From positions 20,104,628 to 20,168,627 of the forward strand of contig OZ037767.1 of assembly GCA_964035545.1 (NCBI GenBank): a stretch of DNA of 64,000 nucleotides. Direction: 5' to 3'. Numbering within the stretch: the first letter of the stretch is position 1; each line of letters opens with the position of its first letter. Shown piece after piece: positions 39,856 through 51,976 of the stretch. The notes under the pieces were generated by a model. The model searched no databases. It saw only the letters and a program-made list of their open reading frames with translations, and was not told where the DNA came from. The position numbers were made by a program, and so were the translations under genes. The stretch is from Bugula neritina. Taxonomy: Eukaryota; Animalia; Bryozoa.

Positions 39856-42087
39856 CAATACTGTGGAAACTTAAGGAGCACTGTGGAAAACAAATGAGTA
39901 GGACATGGTTAAACCATTTTCAGATGACCCATTAGAGTTACATAATTTTTAAAAAATTATAATTAATAGTTTGTTGTGTTTTGTGAGGAAAACATGGTGT
40001 CATTTCTTGTCAAATACAATTCATCACATTTTCATCCCTAATTTGATTTTGTTAAAAACTAACTGCTCTAGTGGAAAATTACTGCTTGAGATTTTACACA
40101 TTTTAGTATATAAATCAAAGCAGCTGTCAATTTTGTTGTAAAAAAGGCTCAATACCAACTAAATTAATTGCAATAATTTGATTATATGGCAAGAGACATA
40201 GTGAATTGATTATATAAATCATGGGAAATCATCAGGTGTAGTAATAAAACAAAAATTTCTTACTGCAATAGTCCTATTCAATCAATTGCTAATTATATAT
40301 ATAAGTACTCCTATTAAATAGTGCAGTTTTCTATAATATATTGCAGTGGACTGTATCGTCCTGCAGTGTTATGTATGAACACGTCTCCATTCTCCTGTTA
40401 GAACGCATGTATCTGTTGATCACTGGTGTTTCACTAGCTTGGTTGTCCATATGCTAGTTATTCAATAGTTAACTTAGTTTTGTTAAATCTGCCATGAAAT
40501 AAAAAGCAAACATCTTCGTTGTTTGACATCATATTAGTCATTATTTAGCCAGGGTTGATTATAAAAGACAGATGTGATGTAAACAGTGTCCAACTGAAAG
40601 CCAGCAAGGCATCTACAATTATAATAGCTACATCATTTCATTATATTATATGGCATTATAACTTGCTATAATAACATGTTTTAATTCTGATATATTATAT
40701 TACAATATGTGATACCATTGTTTTATATTAATTATTGAATTAATAGATGTTATATCATTTTCTTTATTCATATACAGCAAACCATTCCATAACATTTCTA
40801 GTAACTCCAGGAAATCATTTTACTTCCTGGTATACTGTAAACCGTTCAAGTTTTGGGCAAGTCCAGACATGTTTCATGGGAACTTTTACATGATTCAGCA
40901 TGCTGTTTTACATGACGTAAATATTGATACATGCGAGTGATTAAATATAGATGTTAAATATGCTGGTACAGACTTATATGTAAATGTCTACCAGCACATG
41001 TTGAATATGCTGGTAGGTATTTACATGTAAACATTTACCAGCATATTATGTTTATATGTAATCTGTGCAATGTTTGTGTTTATATACTCTTTCAAAATAA
41101 TCATAAAATAATTTTATTGATTTATGACTGGGATTTTCCTACTATTTAGAAACTGCTATAATTCCTTTAAACACGTGATAGTTGTCATAGAAACTTCTTA
41201 ATATCTCTTATTTGAACATCCAAATTTATTGTACTTACAGTCATAATAACAGTAATAAAGTCAAAATAATTCATTATAATATAATATTAGTCTATAGGTA
41301 ATACAACTAAACAACTTTATCAACTATATGTATATAATTCAATTAAACATATTCTATTACTACAGTATTTTTCACATGGGATATGTCTAAATTCAGAAAT
41401 ATATTTTCATGAAAATTGGTTGTATTACATTATTTCGGAATCTACAACATAATTAAAGTTTCTATAAGGTTTATAGTAATCTGCTTATAAGTATAATATA
41501 CTTCTTGTTGAATTGAAACTATATTGACATAGTAATTGAATGCAAAAACATGTAAAAATATATATCGAAAATTCATCTTAGTATGAAAATACGTAGCAGT
41601 TATATCACAAATTCACATGTTTCAATAAAATGTAGTTTTTAAATATATACTATAATAGCATTAAATACTTAGTAACTAGATTTAGATATAATACCACTAT
41701 TGGTTCAAGGTTAATTATTTTATAACATGACAAGTAATCAAGTGTGACTATTCTAGAACATGAATCAGGAAATGATCAGTTGAGTAATTCTGGTTGTTAC
41801 AGGAAACACCTTCTCTTTAGTGACAAACAGGTGAATGAGTTTGGAGTTCCCTGGAAATTCCCGCAGAAGTATTGTCCCATGGAATAACTAACATGCATTC
41901 AACAAGGTAATAGAAAATAAACTAGTCCATCAGTAAAAAGACTAAGTTCAATTTCATGATGTTCTTGTTCTCCATTAAATAATGTTTTCACATTGCTGTA
42001 TTAATTGAAATTCCAGCTTATTGTGTAGTAAATTTACAAGAATAACAAAATGTATCCAAGAAAGGAATAAATATAAAAAAGGAATAT

Positions 42088-45000
42088 CTCTCTCTTTTTG
42101 CTATCCCTCTAAGTAGAGTATGGTATCTGCCTACAGCTGTTTGTGAGTAGCTTGATGACTTCTATGTCCTATCAGTGATCTGCATATGCGGTCACAGCGG
42201 AAGCATTTGAGGTCATCACTTGGTGTGTCTGTTGAGCTAAGCCTTCTTGCGGCCAGCTCTAAGTTCGTCTCTGTGTCGCATTCTTTTTTCTTCAAAGATT
42301 TGCATGCCTTTATGAACCATAGATCTCCATCTGGTCCTCCTTGCGGCATTCCATTCCCAGGTCTCTGTTCTGATGTGAGAGCGCTTCATACTGTCTTTGA
42401 GACAGTCTTTAAAGCGCTTCCTCTGTCCTCCTTGCAATCTTTTACCTATTTGTAGCTCCCCATAAAGGATCTGTTTAGGAAGTCTGTGTCCTTTCATTCT
42501 CACTACATGTCCCGACCAAAAAAGTCTGTTCTTGATGATGAGGCTTTCAAGGCTTGGAATCTTTGTTTGTTGGTATACGCTGTTATTAGTGTGCTTGTCA
42601 GTCCATTTGATGTCCAGTATTCCTCGCAATTTCCTCATGTGATAACTTTCTAGCTTCTTTATGTTAGTACCGTAGGTAGCCCATGTCTCAGATGCATACA
42701 GAAATGTTGGTATGATGACAGCCTTGTACATTTTCAGCTTTGTGGTTACCTGCAGGTTAGAGCTGTCAAAGACTCTCTGCCTCAGCTTGCTGTAAGCAAT
42801 ACTAGCAGCTTGAAGCCGTCTGTCTATCTCTCTCCCCAGATCCGCCTTTGATGACAGGTTGCTTCCTATGTACACAAAATCATCAACAGGGCACAATGTT
42901 TCACCCCCAGCAACAATAGTGGGAGGGTCAACAATTTTTCCTGGTTCTTGTTGGCAGATAACTTGTGTCTTCTTTGCATTTAGCTTCAGTCCGAGAGAGT
43001 TGTAAGCCTTCTCGAATGCTGTCATAGCAGCTTGAAGATGTTCTTCAGAATCCGCCACTAGAGCATTGTCATCAGCATACTGTGACTCAAGGACTGATGT
43101 CTCTGATGTTAGTGTCTTGGCGCGCAGTCTTTGCAGGTTAAACAGGTCCCCGATACGATAGTTTAGTCTGATGCCTGTAGGAAGTTCTTGTTTCACAAGG
43201 TACAGCACAGCAAACAAGTAGATGGAGAACAGCGTTGGAGCTATAACACAGCCCTGTTTTACACCAGTTTGCACCCTGAAAGATTCTGATTTTTGGCCAT
43301 CGATTAGGACAGATGCTTCCATCTGATTATGGAAGAGACGGACCATTGTCACAAACTTCAGGGGACATCCAATCTTTCCAAGTATGGTCCAGAAAGATGT
43401 TCTGTCCACAGTATCAAAAGCTTTTGTCAGATCGATGAAGGCCATGTACAGGTCCTAGTGCTGTTCTCTACACTTCTCCTAAATCTGCGTTGCAGCAAAG
43501 ATCATATTCACTGTGCCTCTACCTGGTCGGAAGCCACACTGAGATTCGGGGAGAATGTCTTCTGCTATGTGTGAAAGTCTTGTACATAGAATTCTGGCTA
43601 AGATCTTACCACAGAGTGTCTTATCACCCTTTTTGAAAATAGTCACAATCAGTGCGTCACGTAGATTGTCTGGTATACTCTCAGGTGTCCAGATATGCAA
43701 GAAGAGCTTGTGCAGTCTCCTGCTGAGTTCAGAGCCTCCATGAAGATCTCGGCAGGTATTCCAGCAGCACCAGCAGCTTTCCCCCATTTCATCGCTTTTA
43801 TTGCAGATTTCGATTCCAGAAAAGATGGCTCTTTTGACATCTGGTCATGGTACTGCAGCTGAGGGAGCTTCTGCAGAACTGTATTGTCAACCAAAGAGGT
43901 CTGGTTCAAGAGGCACGAAAAATGTTCTTTCCAACATTGCCTGATATCATCCTTATCCTTGTAAAGTACACCGTCCTTGTCCTTGACTGGAGCTGATTCT
44001 CGAGACATTGGTCTATACAGCTTCCTGGTTTCTGCAAAAAACTCTCTGGTCTTGTTTTGATCTGCTAAATTCTGCAGTTTCATTGCTTTTTCGGTCCACC
44101 AGTCATTTTGCATCTTCTGGATACGTCTCTGCACATCTGCTCTCACTGCATGGTATGTCTGCTTCTTATCTTTATTCCTGAAGTCATCTTGCCATGTTGA
44201 AAATTTTACTCGCTTCTGAGCCAGTAGTTGCTCAATTACATGATCATTTTCATTGAACCAGTCCTGGTGGAGTTTCTAGCACAGCTTTACAAGTCTCGGT
44301 GATGCAGCTCTTCAGACAGGTCCAATTAGTGTCAACATTTTTGTCCTCGGGTAGGTCTTTCAGTTTTTCGGTAATCTTGCTCTCAAGGTTTTGTCTCACT
44401 GCCGGTTGTTGGAGGAGTCTGATATTGAACTGTGGTCGTGGTGTGTGTTTTACTCGGCGGTGTGTGGGCTGAATTGAGAAGCTCAACAAAGCTTTTACAA
44501 GTCTGTGGTCTGTCCAGCAGCTGTCTGATGAATCGATAGCCTTCGTAATCTTCACATCAGCCAAGTCTCTGCATCTGGTGATTATGTAGTCTATTAGGTG
44601 CCAGTGACCGGAACGTGGGTGTCTCCAGGAAGTTTTATGCCTATTCTTCTGTCTGAACATGGTGTTTGTGATTACAAGTCTAAGTTCTGCACATTTGCTG
44701 AGAAGCATCAGACTATTTGCATTCACATTACCAATACCGTCTTTGCGATAACCCCTTTCCAAGTCTCACTGTCAGTACCAACTTTTGCGTTGAAGTCTCC
44801 CAGTAGAACAACCTTGTTAGCAATTGGGATCTGTGACAATGCGTGATCAAGAGCTGAGTAGAATAGCTCCTTGTCAGCCTGTTCAGCTAAAAGCGTTGGA
44901 GCATGTGCGCTGACCAGGGTAGCTTTCCTGTTATTTCCAATGTTTATCTGCAGAGTCATCAGTCGATCCAAGATTCCAACAGGAAGATGATCCATGTGCT

Positions 45001-45916
45001 TTACCAGTTCATTCTTGACAGCAAAACCCACTCCATACAGCCTGTGGTCATCTGCCTCCTTTCCTTTCCAATAGAATGTATAGCCGCCACCCACCTCAGT
45101 CAACTGACTCTCATTTGCGAGTTTAGTCTCTTGAAGTGCAGCGATATCAATATTCAGTCTTCTGAGTTTACGCGCCACAAATGCAGTATGCCTCTCAGGT
45201 CTGTCACTGCTCTTATTGTCCATAAGTGTTCAAACGTTCCATGTTGCCAATGTCATATATTGTTTTCTACCACATGAAGGTGAACCATCTGAATGCGGTA
45301 TTCCAGCCAGGTTGAGGTTGAACAGACCATGTTTAGGACACATTTTCTAGTTCTTTCCTCGGATTGAGGTGAGCAGGGTGGTCCCTAAGAAGGGCTGCTT
45401 AGTCCTGAAAGCCACTACCGAACATCTCTCCTGTCCAATCCAAAAGATGAGCGACTGATAAGCTTTCACCGCCTATGTGCTAGTTGGGAGCTGAGGACTT
45501 CCAGGCTTCACTACCCTGTCCCCGTCGCCACCTTCTAATCGCCATAGGGCTTTGTAAGTGTCTGCAGGCAGAATGCTGTGCGTGGATTAAAGTGGTTCTC
45601 ATGATGCACTGCAGAGAGCCACTGGCTTGGCTTGTCATACCCTGATCCAATGGCAAGGATACCTCGACAATTGGGGATATAATAAGTTGCAATGGACAAC
45701 CGTTGGTCTGTAGGAGACTCATCTGCCCTTACCAGCTGATGGTATTGCTGTCGGGATTCCATGGGCCTGAGATGCTTCCTGGTGGATATTGTTTTTAGTT
45801 TCTCCAGGTCCATCTAAAGAGGAGTTGTCGGTTTAGTTGCCGATGGCCCGACCCATGCAACAGGTAGTACTGGATTACATGGTTACCAGTAGCAGGTTAG
45901 CGATCAACCTGACCTG
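42088..45916 (-). mobile_element. Full-length but disrupted RTE-clade LINE retrotransposon (APE endonuclease + RT + C-terminal Cys/His motif)
   Basis: ORF fragments: LNIDIAALQET, VVLLGDFNAKVG, WHLIDY, WTDHRLV (APE); LPESQCGFRPGRGT, AFIDLTKAFDTVDR, GVKQGCVIAPTLF, YADD (RT); CFRCDRICRSLIGHRSHQATH. TSD AAAAAAGGAATAT at 42075-42087 and 45917-45929. Short GA-repeat 3' tail. Several frameshifts/stops. Confidence 0.95.
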
Positions 45917-47218
45917 AAAAAAGGAATATAAACATTACATAACTAGATTGTGGGAACTCAAGGGATATTATGGAAACTAAAACCAAATTATGACACAATT
46001 AAAAGCTCCAGTCAGTTGATCCATTGCATGGCATTTAAAAAGATTAATTTTTTTCTGATAAACACATTTCATAGCTGGTGTTGCTTTAATTTCTCTGTTG
46101 TAAAGTTGTGTGAAAATTTTTTTTATCTTTAATTCCCGAAATTAGATGCAGCTTGTTTAAATTATAGTTAGGTCAAAGCATTCATACAACTTTGTGTTAT
46201 ACATTGATAGAACACTTCTTCAAACAATTATTAAATCTTCTCTCTAAATGTTAATAATTTATTATACAGTGTGTTATTTCTTTCATTCAACAATAACTAG
46301 TACTGTTTCATAAATCAACAAAGTTATAAGCACATACATGAAAGTAAAAACTTAATCACATAGCATTCTACAAAACTTGTTCTATGAATATAAAAAAGAT
46401 TAAAATAGCCTAAATTACTAATAATAACTTAAATCTTGACCATCCATAGTTGACTTTCCTGCATACTTATGATTATTCAATTTGGATTAGACTGGTTCAA
46501 TTATTAGTTATATGTTCGTGGACAATTTAGCTATCAGCCAAACAATTAGGAAAAAACATTTAATAACAATAGCAATTAAAATGCAACAACTTTATAGCCA
46601 TATAACATTTCAAAACTCGATAATGATTAAAAAGGCATTCTAGTTGTTTTTGTGCTATTTTCAGTCTTCTCAATTTGCTATAATCATTTTTATTATGATG
46701 TAAATTGATTTCTGTCACAATTCAGTTGCAATGAATTATGTTAGTATAAGAGATTAAGGAGTTTTCATGACAAACTATCATGTGTTTAAGGGGCTATTAG
46801 CTGTTTCTAAGTAGTGGGAAAGTCCCAGTCATTATTCAACAACATTATTTTATGACAATTCTTAAGTCACGCCAACAAAAATATTATCTACGAGCATTAT
46901 TATTTTTATATTTAATCTGTATAAATAGTAACAATTCGTCATGTCTAGTCATGTAATGAATCAAAAAGATTCTTTTAAATTCTGTGACTCACCACAAATG
47001 GCTTAAAATAGTTTGTTTCATATTTCACGCCCACCCAATAAATTGTTTTCCTTATAACTTGTAGTTTACAAAATTTCACTGAATCACACAACTTTCATTG
47101 TTTTATTATTATGAATGATATATGGACATCAATTGATTTTTTGGCTATATTATTATATTATAAATATCCCTAAATATTATTAATATATAATACAGAAAAA
47201 GTAGTTTTTTTATAGGTA

Positions 47219-48539
47219 GGGGTAACGGGGGCACAACAGTCATAGGGGTACAAAAAGCAGGCCAAATTGTGAAAGAACTTATTGACTTAGAGTTGTGATT
47301 TTTTTAAGAAAAAGGTATTGACAAAATTATTTAACCTTTGTAGTTTCAACACTTGCGGAACCTACGTGTTAAAAAGGCGAGTAAAAAACTGTTTTTACCT
47401 AATTTTTGTAAATTTTTTAAGATGTCGTTAAAGCTTTATAACTTTTTACACTCAAAGGTAACAAGCCTAGATTTTACTGATATTGTTGCCATTGCTTGTC
47501 TCTACATTGCTTAACTAGTATAACAGCAAACTCTGAAATAAATTTTCCTTGAGCCACATTTATTTTCAATTTGGCCACACGGGGCACAATGGGCCACGCT
47601 GACCGGGGCACAATGGGCCACCTGATTATTGCACCCTGATCATTGTTATTAACTTGTTTGCCCAAAAAGTTGGTTGAAATGTTGCTAAAATCTATAAATA
47701 TAGCCATTTCTGACTTTTTTGTAAATTATCAAAGACATCATGGTGAGACTACCAAACTATAAGGTGAAGCTCCTCTAATATATACATCTGATGAGGTTAT
47801 AGCTTTGCCATTTTATACCTACATAATACAAAACACTCTGCTGTTGCTACTAGTGGATAGTCATGATATTCATTATATGTTATATCATTGAGGAAATATA
47901 CATGTATTTGACTAAAATTAATTGCGATTTGGTTCTCCCCCTCTCCCTTCTGTACTCCAGCCACAAACCGCAGCCATGCACCAATTATCTACAGTTCATA
48001 GAAAAAAGTCCACTTGAAATTTTGTAGTACATGTTCCTAACGTTTTTTTCTGATAAGAGTTCCTGTGAAGTGAAAATAAAAAAACATTTTTTTTAGTTCT
48101 AAACAGTAACGATAATGGCACCGTAGAAATGAGTGATGTGCGTGTGGTTTTGCCTTCCTCTGCTATCCTTGGTGGCACAAACTTTACAGCTAAAACATGA
48201 TTTTTGCTGTAGATCTGAAAGAATATGTTTATTTATTTGTAATATTAAATAAATAAAGATCAGATGCAACAAAATCAGCAAAGTTTCAATATATTTGTTG
48301 TGTCCCACCCAGTGGTCCATTGTACCCCGGTACCGGGGCAAAATGGGCCGATTTTTTCGTCATGAAAATTTCTTTATTCTGAAAGTTGTGAGAGAGATAG
48401 AAACACCAAACTGACACCTGTAATAGACAACAGATGCAGGATTTAGACTAGCGATTATTGAACTAGTAACTTGAAAAACAGACGAATGAGAGCAGAAAAT
48501 CCAAATTCGCCCGTTGTGCCCCCCCCCCCCCGTTACCCC
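47219..48539. mobile_element. Non-autonomous TIR DNA element with TA target duplication (Tc1/mariner-pogo superfamily-like)
   Basis: Termini GGGGTAACGGGGGCACAAC ... GTTGTGCC(C)nGTTACCCC, TA on both sides. Empty site TATAGGTAATAGAGTTG in the paralogous block at ~39229-39245. Internal GGGGCACAATGGGCC repeats at 47581, 47605 and ~48313-48349. Confidence 0.88.
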
Positions 48540-50948
48540 TAATAGAGTTGCGAATCAATCATATGAACAGGTGTCATGGAATCATTATTGGCAACAGAGA
48601 GCAGGTGTTTGTCTCATATAACACTTCTTGTATAGCAGTTGTGGCTCATTGTTTCTGGCTGCTACCATTGATGACATCATGGTTTCTGTGAAGCAATGCA
48701 ACTCTCTGTCACTCAGATGCTTACTGTGGAAATAGTGAATAGCTTTCGTGAAACATGTCTGGACTTGCCCAAGACAACATACTTGGAAATTTGTTGTTAT
48801 ACCAGGAAGTGACAACTTCCGATAAAAATTTGCTAAAATGCTACGAAATGATCTGGTGATATCTAATAGTCTTATATCTAATTTCACCCTCAAATCACTG
48901 CCATATGCAATTAGTTATGTTCATTAATAAAGCTTGATCAGTGAATAAAATTACATCTTGGTTCTTCTTATAGTAATAAATTCTTAAAGAAAGCTACACA
49001 TTAAAATTCAATCCTATTTCATTTAGCTTGAAGTGGGAAGTTTGCCAATTTGTGAATTATTTTGAGTTTAACAACTAAAATCCCAGCTTATTGTGTAGTG
49101 AATTTACAAGAATAATACAATGTGTCCAAGAAAGGAAGTAGATATAAAAAGGAATATGAACATTACATAATTAGATTGTGGGAACTCAATAGATATTACG
49201 GAAAATAAACTAAATGACACAAAAGCTTCATCCAGCTGATCCATTTAATAACAACTTAATGTTTCCATGTTGTAGCAATAATTGAAAAACCCAGCTTATT
49301 GTGTAGTAAAATATTTATAGCAATATTACAATGTATCTCTCAAACAGGAAGCAGATGTAAAAAGGAAATATAAACATTACATAGCAATACTGCGGAAACT
49401 TAAGTAATGTGATAGAAAATTTATATATTCAATATATTTTGCTATACAATCTAACCATTACCATTATAGTAAAATATTTCAATCAGTAAAAGTTATTTCT
49501 AAAAATAAATTAGTGCTATTGCTATAAAAACAATATAGTTCTTTATTACTACATTATGTAAAATATAAAATAACCAAACTATGCAAAGTTGTTCATGGTA
49601 TCTAAAAGGATGCAGTTTATATACTTCAAGCATAGATTTTATTAAAGGGAGTAAAAACTGTTCTTTCTAGAAAGCTGTAGTTACTACTAATTTATATTAT
49701 GGAAAGGCTATACACACATAGCAAGTTGTCAACACATGATGCGTTACAGTATAGCAATGTTACAGTTTATTGTGTTACAGTATAGTAATGTGCTCAAGTA
49801 TTATAGTAATGCATTAAACAGTATGATGATTTAGTAATTGTTATAATAGTTACAAACTGGTAATGCTAGTCATAATCACCTGGACAACTATACCATATTC
49901 AAGAATACAAGAAATTAATTATATTTTAACAAAAACTTACATGGCCTAATAGTGTTATCAGATGAAATAGAAAATCACAAGAAGATAAATCCAAATTATG
50001 CTTTATTAAAATGAGTATATACACAAAATATTTGTGTCATGGTATAATTTGTTCATACTCGTATAATATATGTTCATAAATTTGTTCATACTCAAATATA
50101 ATTGAAAAAATTAGGCTAGGTTTTATAAAAATGATCATACATATGACTCAGACTTCACAGTAATATATTCAACATAACTATGCAAATAATTTGAAAACTC
50201 AAGTTAAAAAAATACTTAGCCAAATAAAATAATGTGGCAGTACTTTGACCGATAGCAATTGTATTTTGAAAATCTTAATTATGGTAATTAAAGGCGACTA
50301 GGAAGAAGTTATGCAGTTTGTTCAAACTAAGAAAATATAGAAAAAAAATTAACTCAAGAAAATATAAGAAAATTTTATGATTGCATAATAGTAAATTAGG
50401 AGCACCAGATGCCAGTGAGAATTCACTTGTGCGATACTTCATCTATGAAAAAGAAGATGACTCCAAAAATGGGGTTTTCTGGAAGACAATCCGCTTAATA
50501 AATTTCCAACCAAAACATACATTATGGAAGACAAAACAACTACGACCCAATATGAAAACTGCATTATTTAGGTTGCTATTTGCAAAATGTATCAAGAAAA
50601 ATATTAGATTACGAACTCTTTATAAAGACAAATGAGAGTAACTCAATGTTCGGCTCACATTAACACAAGTAAGTGTGTAAAACTACATGCACCTACTATT
50701 GACACTTGGTAATTATATTATATAACATGTTTCACTAAAAGAACTTAATTGTATTTTATAGGAGAAAACTTCTAAGAATTTGGCAAGAATAAGGCCACAC
50801 CCTAAATTAGTGTAAAACATTTATAATAAACACAAGAATTCTGACTAAAGTCACCTTTGAAACACCACAGATAGCTTGTCTATAAGAATTGGACAGACCA
50901 GCGACGCTGCGTAATTCAGGTTTCACCAGTTGAGGGAGGAATGAAACC

Positions 50949-51822
50949 TCACTGCTTCGATGAGCTATTTGAATTTGCACCACGTTTCAATTTCTCGGGA
51001 TCGTTTGAGGCGAGATGAGTAAAATCTCGGAAGATGTCATTGAATGAGTCATCAGTCAGCGAGCCAGGGTCAGCATCATTCATTTCCTGGCGCAGACTGG
51101 CAACTCTAAGTCTAAGAAAACAAGAGCTTCAAATTACTGAACACAATACACGGGACTAGTTGCCAACCAGAGGTTGAGTGTCCATGATTTCTCCCTGTTA
51201 GACACCTTTCCTCATAATCCATAACAGTTTCAGCAGATTCAGCTTTTGTACCAGTATTGTAACCTGACTAAAACTGTTGACACTTCTTTCCATTTATAAA
51301 AAAATTCAGATATACCAACTCTGTGGGACCGAGCGATGAGTGTAACAACAGAGTAGACAGTACAGGCAACGAATATCATGTATAGTTATATAATAGACAG
51401 TTTTCCCTTTCTATACAATAAAATACAGTTCACAAAGCACGCACCTTCACCTTCAGTAAGTCTCAGGTTTGTGAGATACATAAACAGTACAGAATACTAA
51501 ACAGTCCCGCAGTTACTTACAGAGTCACAATGTCGGCTAACTCTGCCTCCATTGCCAAAGCCAGAGCGTCGCACTGAGAGTTATCCTTATGTTTGAAGTT
51601 GGCTCCCCTCTTCAGCAGCTGACAGACCTGCGCCGTGTACCCCTTGATGGTAGCGTGGTGGAGAGGTGGCTGACCTTTATCATCAGCAACTTCCACATCA
51701 GCTGAGTTCAACAGCAGAAACTCACAAGTTGCTAATGAACCCTGAAATAGAAGTCATCTCCCTTGTAATACAAGTAGTAGCATTAGTAGCATTAGTATTA
51801 ATAGTAGTAGTAGTAGTAGTAA

Positions 51823-51857
<35 letters not shown>

Positions 51858-51917
51858 CTAGTAGTAGTAGAGTAGTGGTAGTACTAGTAGTACTAGTAGT
51901 ACTAGTAGTACTACTAC

Positions 51918-51976
<59 letters not shown>

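Larger units (their letters stand above)
41868..49170 (+). repeat. Duplicated block copy B, interrupted by the RTE LINE and the TA-target element
   Basis: See copy A. Both insertion junctions restore to the copy A sequence. Confidence 0.9.

Noticed and set aside
47900-48200. Possible pogo/Fot1 transposase C-terminal remnants inside the TA element
   Set aside because: Resemblance is too weak to support without a profile search.
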